Source: Acidimicrobiia bacterium (GTDB lineage Bacteria > Actinomycetota > Acidimicrobiia > Spongiisociales > JAHEDJ01). Taken from it: DNA of 64,000 nucleotides. The translations under genes were made by a program, and so were the position numbers. The number at the start of each line of letters is the position of its first letter. The first letter of the stretch is position 1. A model generated the notes under the pieces. That model ran no database searches, had not been told where the DNA came from, and was given only the letters and a program-made list of their open reading frames with translations. The stretch covers positions 1 to 64,000 of the forward strand of contig JARGFH010000014.1 of assembly GCA_029210695.1 (NCBI GenBank), written 5' to 3'. Below are positions 40,854 to 50,086 of this stretch, piece by piece.

Positions 40854-41274
40854 CCGACACCTCGCCGTCATGCTGGCCTCGAGTGATCACGACACGCACA
40901 GGGCGCGCCCTCACCGGTCGAGGGATTGGAACGGGCGCTCCGTTGCGGACCCCGCGGCGACACCCCGGCGACACAAGGACGGTGGCGACGCCGACCGCCA
41001 CCAGGAATGGAGAGCGTCCCTCGATCCGCCAGTGCCGTACCGCCCACGCCGAGCCGGCCACCGCCAGAGCGAAGACCGCCAGGTTGCCGACAGCACCCAG
41101 ATGCGCCCACATCGGACGAGTGATCAGCAGCAGACCGCTGGTAGCGGCGACCGCACCCAGCTGCGATGCCGACAGCGCCCACGGCAAACGCCACCCGGCG
41201 ACGTGGCCGATGATCACTGGATGCCGCAGCGCCTGCGTGTACGAGAAGTAGACGTCGGTGTCCATGGCGGTCAC
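40846..41274 (-). CDS. TcpE-like (VirB3-equivalent) membrane protein
   Basis: SYTQALRHPVIIGHVAGWRLPW, two TMs, RIEGRSP; immediately upstream of virB4. Confidence 0.75.
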   Translation of the reverse strand: MTAMDTDVYFSYTQALRHPVIIGHVAGWRLPWALSASQLGAVAATSGLLLITRPMWAHLGAVGNLAVFALAVAGSAWAVRHWRIEGRSPFLVAVGVATVLVSPGCRRGVRNGAPVPIPRPVRARPVRVVITRGQHDGEVSDG

Positions 41275-41531
41275 ACCGATCCGGCGGACACCACGACGAC
41301 GTGGGCAGGTGGCGCGAGGGCGCCGACATCCTCGGCGACCTTGTTCTGGAGCCAGTCGGTGGCGTTGATGGCGAATAGGACGATCGCCGCCAGGATGATC
41401 ACCCCGATCACGGCCGAGACGGTGCGTTTCACCAGCCACGACCACAAGATCATCCCGATGGCGATCAGTACCGCCGCCGCAATGGCCAGATTGGTCAGAT
41501 TCCCGACCACGTTCTGTGCTGTGTCAATCAT
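41271..41531 (-). CDS. Small two-TM protein (pilin/TcpD-like)
   Basis: 86 aa, two hydrophobic helices, GAAAGGA RBS, position between tcpC-like and tcpE-like genes. Confidence 0.7.
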   Translation of the reverse strand: MIDTAQNVVGNLTNLAIAAAVLIAIGMILWSWLVKRTVSAVIGVIILAAIVLFAINATDWLQNKVAEDVGALAPPAHVVVVSAGSV

Positions 41532-41544
41532 GTCGTGCGTCCTT

Positions 41545-42471
41545 TCAATCGGTGTCTGTTGTTACGAGAAGGGGAGCGGGGAGGAGATCGGAAACTTCCC
41601 AGCGGCCGTCACGCTGAGAGACCATCAGCGAGTACTCAAGGAGCTGTGCCCGGCCGTCGGAATCGGTCCCACGGACGAGGACGGAGATGGGAGTGACGCC
41701 GTCTGATGGTTCGGCCGATCCGGCTGCTGCGACCTCGATCTCGACAAAGGGTGGAGGCTGGACTGCGACGATCTCGAGCGCAGGAGCGACGTACCGGGTC
41801 AGGTCGCCCTCACTCGCGAGGTAGGCGGCGAAGAACTCGGCCAACAGCTCGGCGACCGCCGGCTCGACATCGAGACCATCGAGACGGTCAACCAGCAACG
41901 CGGGTGCTTCCACGTTGGGCGGCGCTGAGATCAGCGAGGGGAGACCGGTTGCTGTCCAGCCGTTCCTGGTCTCGGCAACACCCACAGCGAAGAACCGGGT
42001 CCCCGTCGGCACCGTGGCGGGCGCCCGGCCCGGCTCGGTCACGTGCGCAACGACCTCGGCTGCAACCGTCACCGCGTAGTAGCCCGGGGCCACTTCTTGC
42101 GCACCCAGGCTGACGGTGCTGGTCGCCGACCACGCTCCATCCTGGACACTTGTGGGGGAGTCCGCGCCGAGTATTGATTCGGCACCGCCGGACGACTCCG
42201 CACCCGCTGCCACGTACGAGGCAATGAACAGCTCAGCGAAACCCTCCGCCCCGGATGTGTCGATCGCAGTTGCGGTCGCGGGTTGAGCGGCAGCCGCATC
42301 GACACGGGCATCCAGTGATGCCAGCTTGCCGGCGATGATGAGCGCGGCGGCGGGCCCGGACACCACCAGAAGCCACAACACGACGTGGAGGATTCGCACC
42401 GTGACCGCGGGGCTCAACCAGTCACGGACGCTTCCCTCGGAGGAAGCCACACGGTCGGTGCCGGTGTTCAT
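41545..42471 (-). CDS. TcpC-family conjugal transfer protein (VirB8-like)
   Basis: Single N-term TM, GFAELFIASYV, EFFAAYL...LTRYVAP, YSLMVSQRDGRWEVS. Confidence 0.85.
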   Translation of the reverse strand: MNTGTDRVASSEGSVRDWLSPAVTVRILHVVLWLLVVSGPAAALIIAGKLASLDARVDAAAAQPATATAIDTSGAEGFAELFIASYVAAGAESSGGAESILGADSPTSVQDGAWSATSTVSLGAQEVAPGYYAVTVAAEVVAHVTEPGRAPATVPTGTRFFAVGVAETRNGWTATGLPSLISAPPNVEAPALLVDRLDGLDVEPAVAELLAEFFAAYLASEGDLTRYVAPALEIVAVQPPPFVEIEVAAAGSAEPSDGVTPISVLVRGTDSDGRAQLLEYSLMVSQRDGRWEVSDLLPAPLLVTTDTD

Positions 42472-42785
42472 GCGAGCCCCATCGATCGGGCCGGCTGCCG
42501 ACTGTCCCGGCGAGTAGTTGATAGCTGTCGCCGAAGAGCCTCGGTACGAGCCGCCTCAGCCCGCCAGTAGCCGTCCTCGAAGAACGCCGTCACCCGACCC
42601 GCCAGATCACGAGGCGGCAACATGCCGCCGGTGTTCAACAGGTCATCGAGCAGATCGCACCAAACATCCCATCCAGTGCGGATGCGCCGATCCAGCTCCA
42701 CATCGCTCAGCTGACGGGCGTCAGGGTCGGGCTCCGGCTCGACTGCAGCCAGTTTCCGGGGACTCGGTAGGTTTGAGGTGGTCAT
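42468..42785 (-). CDS. Hypothetical protein
   Basis: 105 aa, GGAAGGTAAGGA upstream, ATGA overlap with the tcpC-like gene. Confidence 0.65.
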   Translation of the reverse strand: MTTSNLPSPRKLAAVEPEPDPDARQLSDVELDRRIRTGWDVWCDLLDDLLNTGGMLPPRDLAGRVTAFFEDGYWRAEAARTEALRRQLSTTRRDSRQPARSMGLA

Positions 42786-42882
42786 GGGTTCCTTACCTTC
42801 CTGTCGTGCCGTGTTTGGTCGATCGAACCGGTAAGGGGCAGGCCGATGACCGGGACGCGACGGCTTCTTTCTCTTCCACGGG

Positions 42883-43659
42883 TCACAGCGCCAGACTCAG
42901 GCTGCGGCGCACCCGACGTTCCGCCCGCAACCGTCGCTGCCGCAACGTCTGAGGATCCACATGCTCAGAAGACGCCAGCTCGTTGATCGAGAACCCAGCA
43001 GCGCGCGACATCACAACCAGACGCGCCGCGTCCTCCCGCAGATGTGCCCGCTGCTGCACCCACTCCACGAGCGTCTCGAGCCGCTGCTCGTCAGCTGATG
43101 CGTCGATGACCTCCGAGCTAGCGTCGAGGTTGCGGTAGTCCTCGACGAAGACCAACGGCTCCGAGCGCTCCCGGACAGCCGACCGCAGAACCCGGCGCCT
43201 CGTATTGCTGTAGATCCGGAAGCTCGGCTGCGTACCTGCCGGCTCAGTCGCGCACCACGAGATCACGTCCAGCGCCGTCGCCACGACCCGCGCTGAGCGC
43301 TCCTCGACATCCCATCCGCGGATCCCGACGATCAGGCTCTTCAGCCCTGGGAGGACCACCTGCAGCGCCACCCGCCTGGCGAGGCCGTCGTCAACGGCTC
43401 GCTCGAGCAGTGTGGACAGGACCTGGTCCCGCTCCGCCCAACTCGCGACATCCCGCCGCTGCGCAGCCGACACCAGCTCATCACCGTCGGTGAAGGCCAG
43501 CCGGTCGTCGCCTGTCGACCAGGCGAGGAGGCGGTCACGCAGGCACGTCGACTGGGACAAGACCCGCCACTCCGCATCAAGCCGGCGAATCAACTCACTA
43601 TCCGCCGCTTGTGACGGGCGGCCTCTCAGCCACGCGGTGCTCCTCTCGTGTGCCTTCAC
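42883..43659 (-). CDS. Sigma-70/ECF-like protein heading the transfer operon
   Basis: ARRVALQVVLPGLK (region 2-like) and AARLVVMSRAAGFSINELASSEHVDPQTLRQRRLRAERRVR (region 4-like HTH). Confidence 0.65.
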   Translation of the reverse strand: MKAHERSTAWLRGRPSQAADSELIRRLDAEWRVLSQSTCLRDRLLAWSTGDDRLAFTDGDELVSAAQRRDVASWAERDQVLSTLLERAVDDGLARRVALQVVLPGLKSLIVGIRGWDVEERSARVVATALDVISWCATEPAGTQPSFRIYSNTRRRVLRSAVRERSEPLVFVEDYRNLDASSEVIDASADEQRLETLVEWVQQRAHLREDAARLVVMSRAAGFSINELASSEHVDPQTLRQRRLRAERRVRRSLSLAL

Positions 43660-43678
43660 GTGAGGAGCGTCCGCGCGA

Positions 43679-43722
43679 ACCCTGTCACCAGAATGTCATC
43701 AACCCTGTCAGAAACCCTCCAA
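43679..43722 (-). promoter_or_regulatory. Triple TGACA(GGGT) box upstream of the T4SS operon
   Basis: accctgtca-ccagaa-tgtca-tca-accctgtca-gaaaccctccaa; 11/12-bp period; 22 bp identical to 12307-12328. Confidence 0.7.
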
Positions 43723-43914
43723 ACCTGGGAACGTCGCTTGGAATGTCGCTTGGTTGGCGACGCCAGAGGAGTTTGCTTGTGAACGCAGTCCAGCTGCGGC
43801 TCGCCACAGATTCCGACGAACTGCGTTCTCGATCGGACTCCCGTGGTGTCGATTCCCGTGTGCAGGGTGTCAATGCCTTGCGCACGCAGCCGATTCCAGT
43901 GGCCCTGTCAGTTG

Positions 43915-45705
43915 TCAGGTTGCCTTGTAGGGGATGAAGTAGTGGCCGCCACCGTCGGGGCCTCGGGCATGGCTTGCCTCGATCAGATGGGTGCCGGGCG
44001 CGGAGCTTCCAAGGTGACCAGCGAGGAGGCTGACAAGCGAGCCGGCAAGACATGCGAGATCGGCCGCCGATCCGTGGAATGTTGGAGTTGAGCAGCCGAG
44101 GGCAGGCACGAGTTGGTCGGTCTTCCTTGGTGGTGTCCAGAATCCATGGAAGCGTTCAAGGGTCGGATCGGTGTGCACTGCGAGCCAGGTGGCGTCGTCG
44201 ATGGTGGCCGGCCCGAACGGGGCGGCGGGATCCGCAACGGCGAGGATGCCGAGTGTTGCGCTTCGCGGATCGGTGGCGACTTGTGCGATGAGGGGTCGGC
44301 CAGAAGCGGCCCGCGCCCACTCATCGAGCCGCGCTCCGACTGTGACGTTGATCGTTGCGTCGATCAGGATGTCGGTCGTCGGGACATATCCGTCGGCGAG
44401 CACGTCGAGTGCACTAGACGGCTCGGCGGACACCTCAAGGTCGTCGGAGATCGCGCGGAGCCGCATTGCGAGTTGGGTTGCCTTGGGGAGGCCGACGTCA
44501 TCCTCCGTGTAATTCTGTCGCACCAGGAGCCCGCCAGCCACAGCTCCTGTGTCCCGGAGGACGAAGCGTCGGGCACCCGCACGGGCAATGAACTCGGCCA
44601 TCCATGAACCGAGGCCACCGCAGCCCCAAATCTCGATGGTCTTGTCTGTGTAGGCCGATGTAGGTCGTTGGTGGTCGCGACGAGTGGCGATTTCAGTCCG
44701 TTCATCAGACACGGTGATCCATCCGATCGGCAGGTTGTGTAGGTGGCTAGCGATGGTCGCTCGCTGTGTGGCGATGCGTGGCACGGGTGCCATGGCGCAG
44801 GCGACGTAGGTAAGAGATTCGACGGCTGGGTGGGCAACCTCGACGATGATCCGAAGGGTCCCGTCGGTGAGATGAGGCAGGAGTCGTTCAACAGCTCCGA
44901 GGACTGCTACCACCGGTGGTCCCTTTGCAGCCTCGACACGGGCGAGGAGATCACCCAGGGTGGACGTACGCCCCAATCCGAGCACCATTGGCTCTTTGGT
45001 GCGAACCACGAGTGCGCTCGTCGTGCTGGCTGGGTCGTCGCCGGATCGTTTCGCCCAGCGGACCAGGTCGCTGCGATGTGGGGCGCGGCTCTCGATTGTG
45101 GCGAGGCTGATTGGCTTTCGGGGCGGGGCTGGCGTCGATGGTCGAACGATCAGGGTCCCGGCAACGCGGGGGCTGGGCGGGAGGCCTCCGATAGGGTGGT
45201 AGAGCGCAGTTCGGCTGTCGAATCGGTCGGCAGCAGCATCTTCGAGCCACTCGACCAGGCGGGCGACTACGCGATCGAGACCGAAGGCGGGGTGCCATTC
45301 GCGAGCGACATCGAGGTAGATGCAGATCGAGCAGAAGAACACATCAGGGAAGCGAACACATTGTGCCAGCACGTGGGGATAGCCAAGAAATCGCTTGTGC
45401 CGGACGACGACGGAGGGAGGCTTGTCGGGGTAGTCACGTCCGAACCAGAGTTCGAACTCCTCGCTGTTCGGCGAGATCGGCAATCCGGAGCCGACTCGAT
45501 CCAGTGTCTGCGTGGATAGGCGCAGGAGCGCGCCGTACTCGCCCTTCCCAGCCTCTAGATGCTTGGCGGCCAGAACCAGGGGGTGGCGGTTGGGGAGTTC
45601 GCGCATTTCCGCGGCTGCTCTCGTCTGCCCGGGCGTGTGCCGTCCGGCGGGCGCGGCGGCCTGCTGTCTGCGCTTCGGTCGGCGTCGCTTCGCCTTGCTC
45701 GACAT
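43915..45705 (-). CDS. cap2: CBASS Cap2-like E2-E1 (ThiF) ubiquitin-like transferase
   Basis: DYPDKPP...GYPHV...SICIY (E2 Cys); IWGCGGLGS, GLLVRQNY, IDAT, LGCSTPTF (E1 Cys); directly downstream of the CD-NTase. Confidence 0.88.
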   Translation of the reverse strand: MSSKAKRRRPKRRQQAAAPAGRHTPGQTRAAAEMRELPNRHPLVLAAKHLEAGKGEYGALLRLSTQTLDRVGSGLPISPNSEEFELWFGRDYPDKPPSVVVRHKRFLGYPHVLAQCVRFPDVFFCSICIYLDVAREWHPAFGLDRVVARLVEWLEDAAADRFDSRTALYHPIGGLPPSPRVAGTLIVRPSTPAPPRKPISLATIESRAPHRSDLVRWAKRSGDDPASTTSALVVRTKEPMVLGLGRTSTLGDLLARVEAAKGPPVVAVLGAVERLLPHLTDGTLRIIVEVAHPAVESLTYVACAMAPVPRIATQRATIASHLHNLPIGWITVSDERTEIATRRDHQRPTSAYTDKTIEIWGCGGLGSWMAEFIARAGARRFVLRDTGAVAGGLLVRQNYTEDDVGLPKATQLAMRLRAISDDLEVSAEPSSALDVLADGYVPTTDILIDATINVTVGARLDEWARAASGRPLIAQVATDPRSATLGILAVADPAAPFGPATIDDATWLAVHTDPTLERFHGFWTPPRKTDQLVPALGCSTPTFHGSAADLACLAGSLVSLLAGHLGSSAPGTHLIEASHARGPDGGGHYFIPYKAT

Positions 45706-45714
45706 GGTCTTGTA

Positions 45715-46731
45715 TCAGCCGCCGCGCCCGGCCCCGACGGCAGCGAGCCCTGCACCGGCGGTGCCGGCGTTGGAGGAGCCGCCACCACTCGACGTGGCCG
45801 GGAGCTTGAAGTCCAGGCCGAAGACCTTCTGCCACAACTCAAGGCTGTGTTCAATCGACGTGTCGTCCTCATACGCGACCTTGGTATCGGCCGCGATGGA
45901 CGAGATCTTCTTCCGGAATGCCTGGTAGGTGTCCTCTGTCCAGCGGTGGTCGAAGGTGATCGGGTTACCGTCGGGGTCGGTGGCACCTGAGGGATCGGCG
46001 ATGGAGGGCTTGGTTGGGTTGGCCTGGAGCCATTCGTTCAAGTCGGTGATTAGGTGGAAGAAGGTGGTTGGCAGATCCTCGTAGTAGGACGGGTCTGCGA
46101 TCTTGCTAGCTGCGTCGACTCGTTCGCCGAGCATCGCCGTGAGCAGGACGGACCGGGTGCGCCTGAAGCTATCGCGATGGTCGCGAAGGTACTTCAGCAG
46201 GCGGATGACCCGCTTGAGGTGGCCGCCGGTGGTGTCGTTCTTCTCTTTCATCCACGCGGTGAAGCCGGCGGGGTCGGTGTCTTCCCACTCGTCGCCGTCA
46301 CCGTTGACGATGACTTGACGGCCATCGCTCAGCACGACGAAAGGTACAACATCGACGTGGTAGTCGCCGGCGTACACGACGCGTACGCATCGGCACTTGG
46401 GCGGCTTGACCAAGTCCTTGTAGGTGCCGTTCCGGGCGAGTGCCGCGTGGACCACAGTGATGTACGTCTTGGGGCTATGGGCCCAGGCCTCCTGCTCGTC
46501 CATGACGAGCATGAAATCAGCGTCGAACTCCACACCGTCCGCCGGCTTGATGATCGTCCCGTGTGGCCACGAACCCTGCGGGTCGTAGTCGAGGACGATC
46601 GAGCCGATCTCACTATCGGCTTGGAGAGCGTCGAAGATTGCGGGGACACTCACGTCCAGGTTGTCGATTCGCGTCTGGTTGATATTGACCGTATTGGTCA
46701 TGAACGCGTTGAAGCTTGCAGTCATTCTCAT
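45715..46731 (-). CDS. CBASS CD-NTase (SMODS nucleotidyltransferase)
   Basis: PQGSWPHGTIIKP...EFDADF, RCVRVVYAGDYHVDVVP, LKRVIRLLKYLRD, WQKVFG; flexible tail ending GRGG. Confidence 0.93.
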   Translation of the reverse strand: MRMTASFNAFMTNTVNINQTRIDNLDVSVPAIFDALQADSEIGSIVLDYDPQGSWPHGTIIKPADGVEFDADFMLVMDEQEAWAHSPKTYITVVHAALARNGTYKDLVKPPKCRCVRVVYAGDYHVDVVPFVVLSDGRQVIVNGDGDEWEDTDPAGFTAWMKEKNDTTGGHLKRVIRLLKYLRDHRDSFRRTRSVLLTAMLGERVDAASKIADPSYYEDLPTTFFHLITDLNEWLQANPTKPSIADPSGATDPDGNPITFDHRWTEDTYQAFRKKISSIAADTKVAYEDDTSIEHSLELWQKVFGLDFKLPATSSGGGSSNAGTAGAGLAAVGAGRGG

Positions 46732-47906
46732 TGTGCGCTGACCTCCAGTGCAGGGTGGTAGGAGCCGTCGTCGCGTCGGTCGTAGACGACGAGGCGGGGA
46801 TGGATGCCCCAGCCGACGGAGCGGCCGAGGGTGACGCCGACCGAGACCGGTGCGGCTGGGAACACGTGGATGCGCCGGACGGTCTTGTCCGACTGCTCGA
46901 GTTGGCCGAGCATCTTGCGAACCGCTCGCTCAAACGAATCGCGCACACGACGGCTACATACCGAATCAGTATGTGGTGTGCCGTCCAACTCGACGAAATA
47001 GGTGGGAAGGCCAGCAGTCTCTGCCGGCAGCTCGGCGGGGTGGATCGTCCCTGAGGCATTGATGATTAGGACAGCGTCGGTGGCCGGACGGGGTCCGGGT
47101 GCGTGCGACGGGTCCTCGCGCCGGGCCACGAACTCAGGGTCATCGTCGGCCGCTGCCGGCCAGATCCAGTTCTCCGTGGCGCGGTGTCGTTGGAACACGT
47201 CGACGGTGAGGGCGTCATCGATGCGCGAACCGAGGTAGACAAGCAGGGGGAAGCGGGCAATCGCGAATACGCTGAGATGCGGCACGATGCCCTTCTCGAC
47301 GGCGGGCCGAAGGCGTTGAGCGATGACCTCGTCGATCCGGGAGGCTGCTGCTTTGTAGTAGCTATCGGCGGCGGTGAGTTCGCCGGAGATCTGGCGAAGG
47401 TCGATCTCGACGCCCCGGCGGTCGAAAGACAGAGCGAGTTCGGGAAACCGGTTCGAGGAGCGAAGTACTGCCTCCGTCGCAGCCTCCACGCCAAGGTCGA
47501 CAGTTGCCCCGCGCACGTGCCCCTGCATGCGGAGCAGCACCGTACGTCTGCGACCAACGGTCTCGGTAGCCTCGAAGACCCGACGCTCGTGTTCCTCCTT
47601 CAACGTGCTGATCTGCTCCACGGTCAGTAGATCGAGTTGCGCACGCTTGTCGGCGTCGGGGTGATGGAGGCCGCAGAGCAGCAGCAGGTTGTCCGCCGCA
47701 TTTCGCTGGTCGCCTGGAATCTGATGATCGCCTCGGGGGCCCGCAGCACTTGCTGCAACGTTGTGGGCGACCTCGCCGAGCAAGACCGGTCGCAGGGTCA
47801 GATCCGACTCCAGCAGGTACGCATTGCAGAAAGCGCACCGTCCACCCGAGCGTACCCACACTCTTAGTCGTTCGTTCTCCGGAACCTTGCCTCGACGTCC
47901 AGCCAT
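46728..47906 (-). CDS. cap5: CBASS effector, HNH endonuclease-SAVED (Cap5-like)
   Basis: SGGRCAFC, GEVAHNVAAS..GPRG, NLLLLCGLHH; SAVED HLSVFAIARFPLLVYLG...IHVFPAAPVSVGVTLG. Confidence 0.9.
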   Translation of the reverse strand: MAGRRGKVPENERLRVWVRSGGRCAFCNAYLLESDLTLRPVLLGEVAHNVAASAAGPRGDHQIPGDQRNAADNLLLLCGLHHPDADKRAQLDLLTVEQISTLKEEHERRVFEATETVGRRRTVLLRMQGHVRGATVDLGVEAATEAVLRSSNRFPELALSFDRRGVEIDLRQISGELTAADSYYKAAASRIDEVIAQRLRPAVEKGIVPHLSVFAIARFPLLVYLGSRIDDALTVDVFQRHRATENWIWPAAADDDPEFVARREDPSHAPGPRPATDAVLIINASGTIHPAELPAETAGLPTYFVELDGTPHTDSVCSRRVRDSFERAVRKMLGQLEQSDKTVRRIHVFPAAPVSVGVTLGRSVGWGIHPRLVVYDRRDDGSYHPALEVSAQ

Positions 47907-48090
47907 CTGCTTCACCTCGCCAGTATGAATGCACGGTGTGACACTTCTCGCGACACACCGACTACGTGCGGCGCTCGCCACGAACCTTCGCCTGCCCGAG
48001 GCTCAGTGCGCTCGCCGACACGCAGCTTCTCCGCTCGGGGTCCCGGATCCTGAGGCATCACGCCGCCCGTACGGCTCACGCGCCGCCCGT

Positions 48091-48219
48091 TCATCTCCGC
48101 TTCTCTCCGGCGTCGGACCGCTTGCGCCGCCAACGACCTGACTTGGTCCGTGACCGTGGCTGCTTCCCGCCGCCCTGCTCTGGCACATGGGGGACCTTCC
48201 CCGCTCGTCGGTCTGGCAT
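48091..48219 (-). CDS. Small basic protein (42 aa) at the head of the CBASS operon, absent from the ORF track
   Basis: GAGGAG-6nt-ATG; MPDRRAGKVPHVPEQGGGKQPRSRTKSGRWRRKRSDAGEKRR. Confidence 0.6.
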   Translation of the reverse strand: MPDRRAGKVPHVPEQGGGKQPRSRTKSGRWRRKRSDAGEKRR

Positions 48220-48339
48220 CTACTTCTCCTCAACTGTCACAAGATGGCCTCCTGCCGTCTCTTCTCACAGAATACTATACCATAGGGAGAGATGGACAGC
48301 GACTATGCTCAGAGGAGAGCGTTCCTCTATGGAGGTGTC

Positions 48340-48795
48340 ATGCGGGATTCGTTGGGTTCGAGGTTGCGGGCTCGGCGCACAGAGCGGGGTCTGAAACTGA
48401 CTGATGTGGCGGACGCCACCGGGCTATCGATGCAGTACATCTCCAATCTGGAGCGCGACCGTGGGAACCCGACCCTCAAGGCGTTAGCTGCCATCGCCGG
48501 CGCGCTCGAGACGACAGTCGCGGCGCTGGTGGGGGACGACGTGGATGTCGAGGACGAAAGCGATGAGCTCGTTCTGGCCGCCCTTCCAACGTCGCTCATC
48601 ACCTTCAGCCGGACGGACCGCTTCGAGTCTGTAGTCGAGCAGCTCGGGATAGCGCAGGGCGTCAGCCGTGAGGACATGCGGCGTCGGGTTCTCGTTGGGA
48701 TGGCATCGGCGCCGCGTCGCAGTGCTGGTGAGCCAACGCGAGACGATTGGCAGCGGCTCCTCGACGCCTACCGGTTGATCCTCGACGAGGCGTGA
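48340..48795 (+). CDS. XRE-family HTH regulator (CapH-like), divergent from CBASS
   Basis: LGSRLRARRTERGLKLTDVADATGLSMQYISNLERDRGNPT; GGAGG RBS. Confidence 0.88.
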   Translation: MRDSLGSRLRARRTERGLKLTDVADATGLSMQYISNLERDRGNPTLKALAAIAGALETTVAALVGDDVDVEDESDELVLAALPTSLITFSRTDRFESVVEQLGIAQGVSREDMRRRVLVGMASAPRRSAGEPTRDDWQRLLDAYRLILDEA

Positions 48796-48796
48796 C

Positions 48797-49825
48797 ATGT
48801 CATCCCGTACGCAGATCGATGCTGCGGATGCCGTGCTGCTCGAGCTTATCGACCCTGCGATCCTGAGCGATTTGGCGAGGGATCCCCGATCTGTCATCGA
48901 GGCGCGCTTTGGGCCCATAGGCATCCAGCCGCTTCCATCGGCTTCGATGACAAATGACGAATGCTCATGCGACGGCTACTACGAGACGCTCCTCAACCCG
49001 GCGAAACCCTGGATTCTGTACGACTCTCGCGTCTCGGCCGAACGTCGCTCCTTCACTCTCCTCCACGAGTTGGGCCACCATCTCATAGCCTCGCGAGTCC
49101 CGGAACTCCTCGATGTGATCGATGAGATAGCTGGTCCCCGCGGCGATCCAGCGGCCGTTGAGGAGGTGCTGTGCCACCGACTCGCTGGCAAGCTGCTCAC
49201 GCCCGACACTCTGCTCGATGAGGTGGTTGGCAGCGACGCCCCAAGGCCAGGGCATCTACTGGAACTCAAGGAGAAGGGTCACGCCTCGTGGGAGGCCGCT
49301 GCCGTTCGACTCGCCGATCGGATCAGCGGTCCCGGTGCAGTCGTGTTGTTGCGAGAGCCCGGGCTCGTCTCATTCGCAGCTACGTCGACCGGCGCCAGGT
49401 TCGGGTGGCCGCGCAACAGCCGGCTTCGCCCCGGAGGCGCATTGAGTCGCGCATTCTCGGTCGACGCTCGGACCAAGGAAGATCGATACCGGTGGGGACT
49501 GCCTTACGAGGAGGAGCTCTTCTGCGACACGGTCAAGGTCCACGACGAACTCGTCGTTGCGGTTATGTCTCGGCATCGCAGTACGAGGGGTCTCAGCTTT
49601 CTCGAGGAGGTGGAGCCCGTTTGGAAGAGAAGGCTTGAGCTTTGTATCGCTTGCAACGGCGAGCGAATCGTCGGATGGTGCGACAAGTGCAAGGGGCGGT
49701 TCTGCCGTGATTGCGGCAGATGCGGATGCTATCGGCCAGCGGCCACGAATCGTCACTGCGAAGGGTGCGGCCTCATCAAACCCTTCCGACCCGGGTCGGG
49801 ACTTTGCCGAGACTGTGAATCGTGA
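48797..49825 (+). CDS. ImmA/IrrE-family metallopeptidase (CapP-like) with Cys-rich C-terminal extension
   Basis: RRSFTLLHELGHH...EEVLCHRLAGKLLTP...ASWEA; C-term CIAC, CDKC, CRDCGRCGC, CEGC, CRDC. Confidence 0.88.
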   Translation: MSSRTQIDAADAVLLELIDPAILSDLARDPRSVIEARFGPIGIQPLPSASMTNDECSCDGYYETLLNPAKPWILYDSRVSAERRSFTLLHELGHHLIASRVPELLDVIDEIAGPRGDPAAVEEVLCHRLAGKLLTPDTLLDEVVGSDAPRPGHLLELKEKGHASWEAAAVRLADRISGPGAVVLLREPGLVSFAATSTGARFGWPRNSRLRPGGALSRAFSVDARTKEDRYRWGLPYEEELFCDTVKVHDELVVAVMSRHRSTRGLSFLEEVEPVWKRRLELCIACNGERIVGWCDKCKGRFCRDCGRCGCYRPAATNRHCEGCGLIKPFRPGSGLCRDCES

Positions 49826-50086
49826 CTGCCTATGAGTTCGAGGCTGAGGTCGGCTGGCCTGCCCCGGGGGTTCTGCTTCAGGAGCTCCTCGAGAGCGTGG
49901 TCAGCGTACGCGAAGCCGTCAAGGCCTGGGCAGGCCAACCATCCCGCAGCGAATCACGCGGATGCTGTCAACCACCTCAAGACTGAACCGGGAAGGGAGA
50001 TAGAGGAACGAAAAACCGGAATCGGGGAGCGATCTGTCCCCGCCCAGTGACGATAGCAATCCTCGGTCTACGTGCGTCGCTCAAAC

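Noticed and set aside
43685..44053. Possible cap3 (JAB) gene after cap2
   Set aside because: No HxH/JAB motif; overlaps cap2 and the regulatory boxes.
47912..48094. Second small ORF between the 42-aa peptide and cap5
   Set aside because: An ATGA overlap exists but there are no recognisable features; cannot be distinguished from chance.
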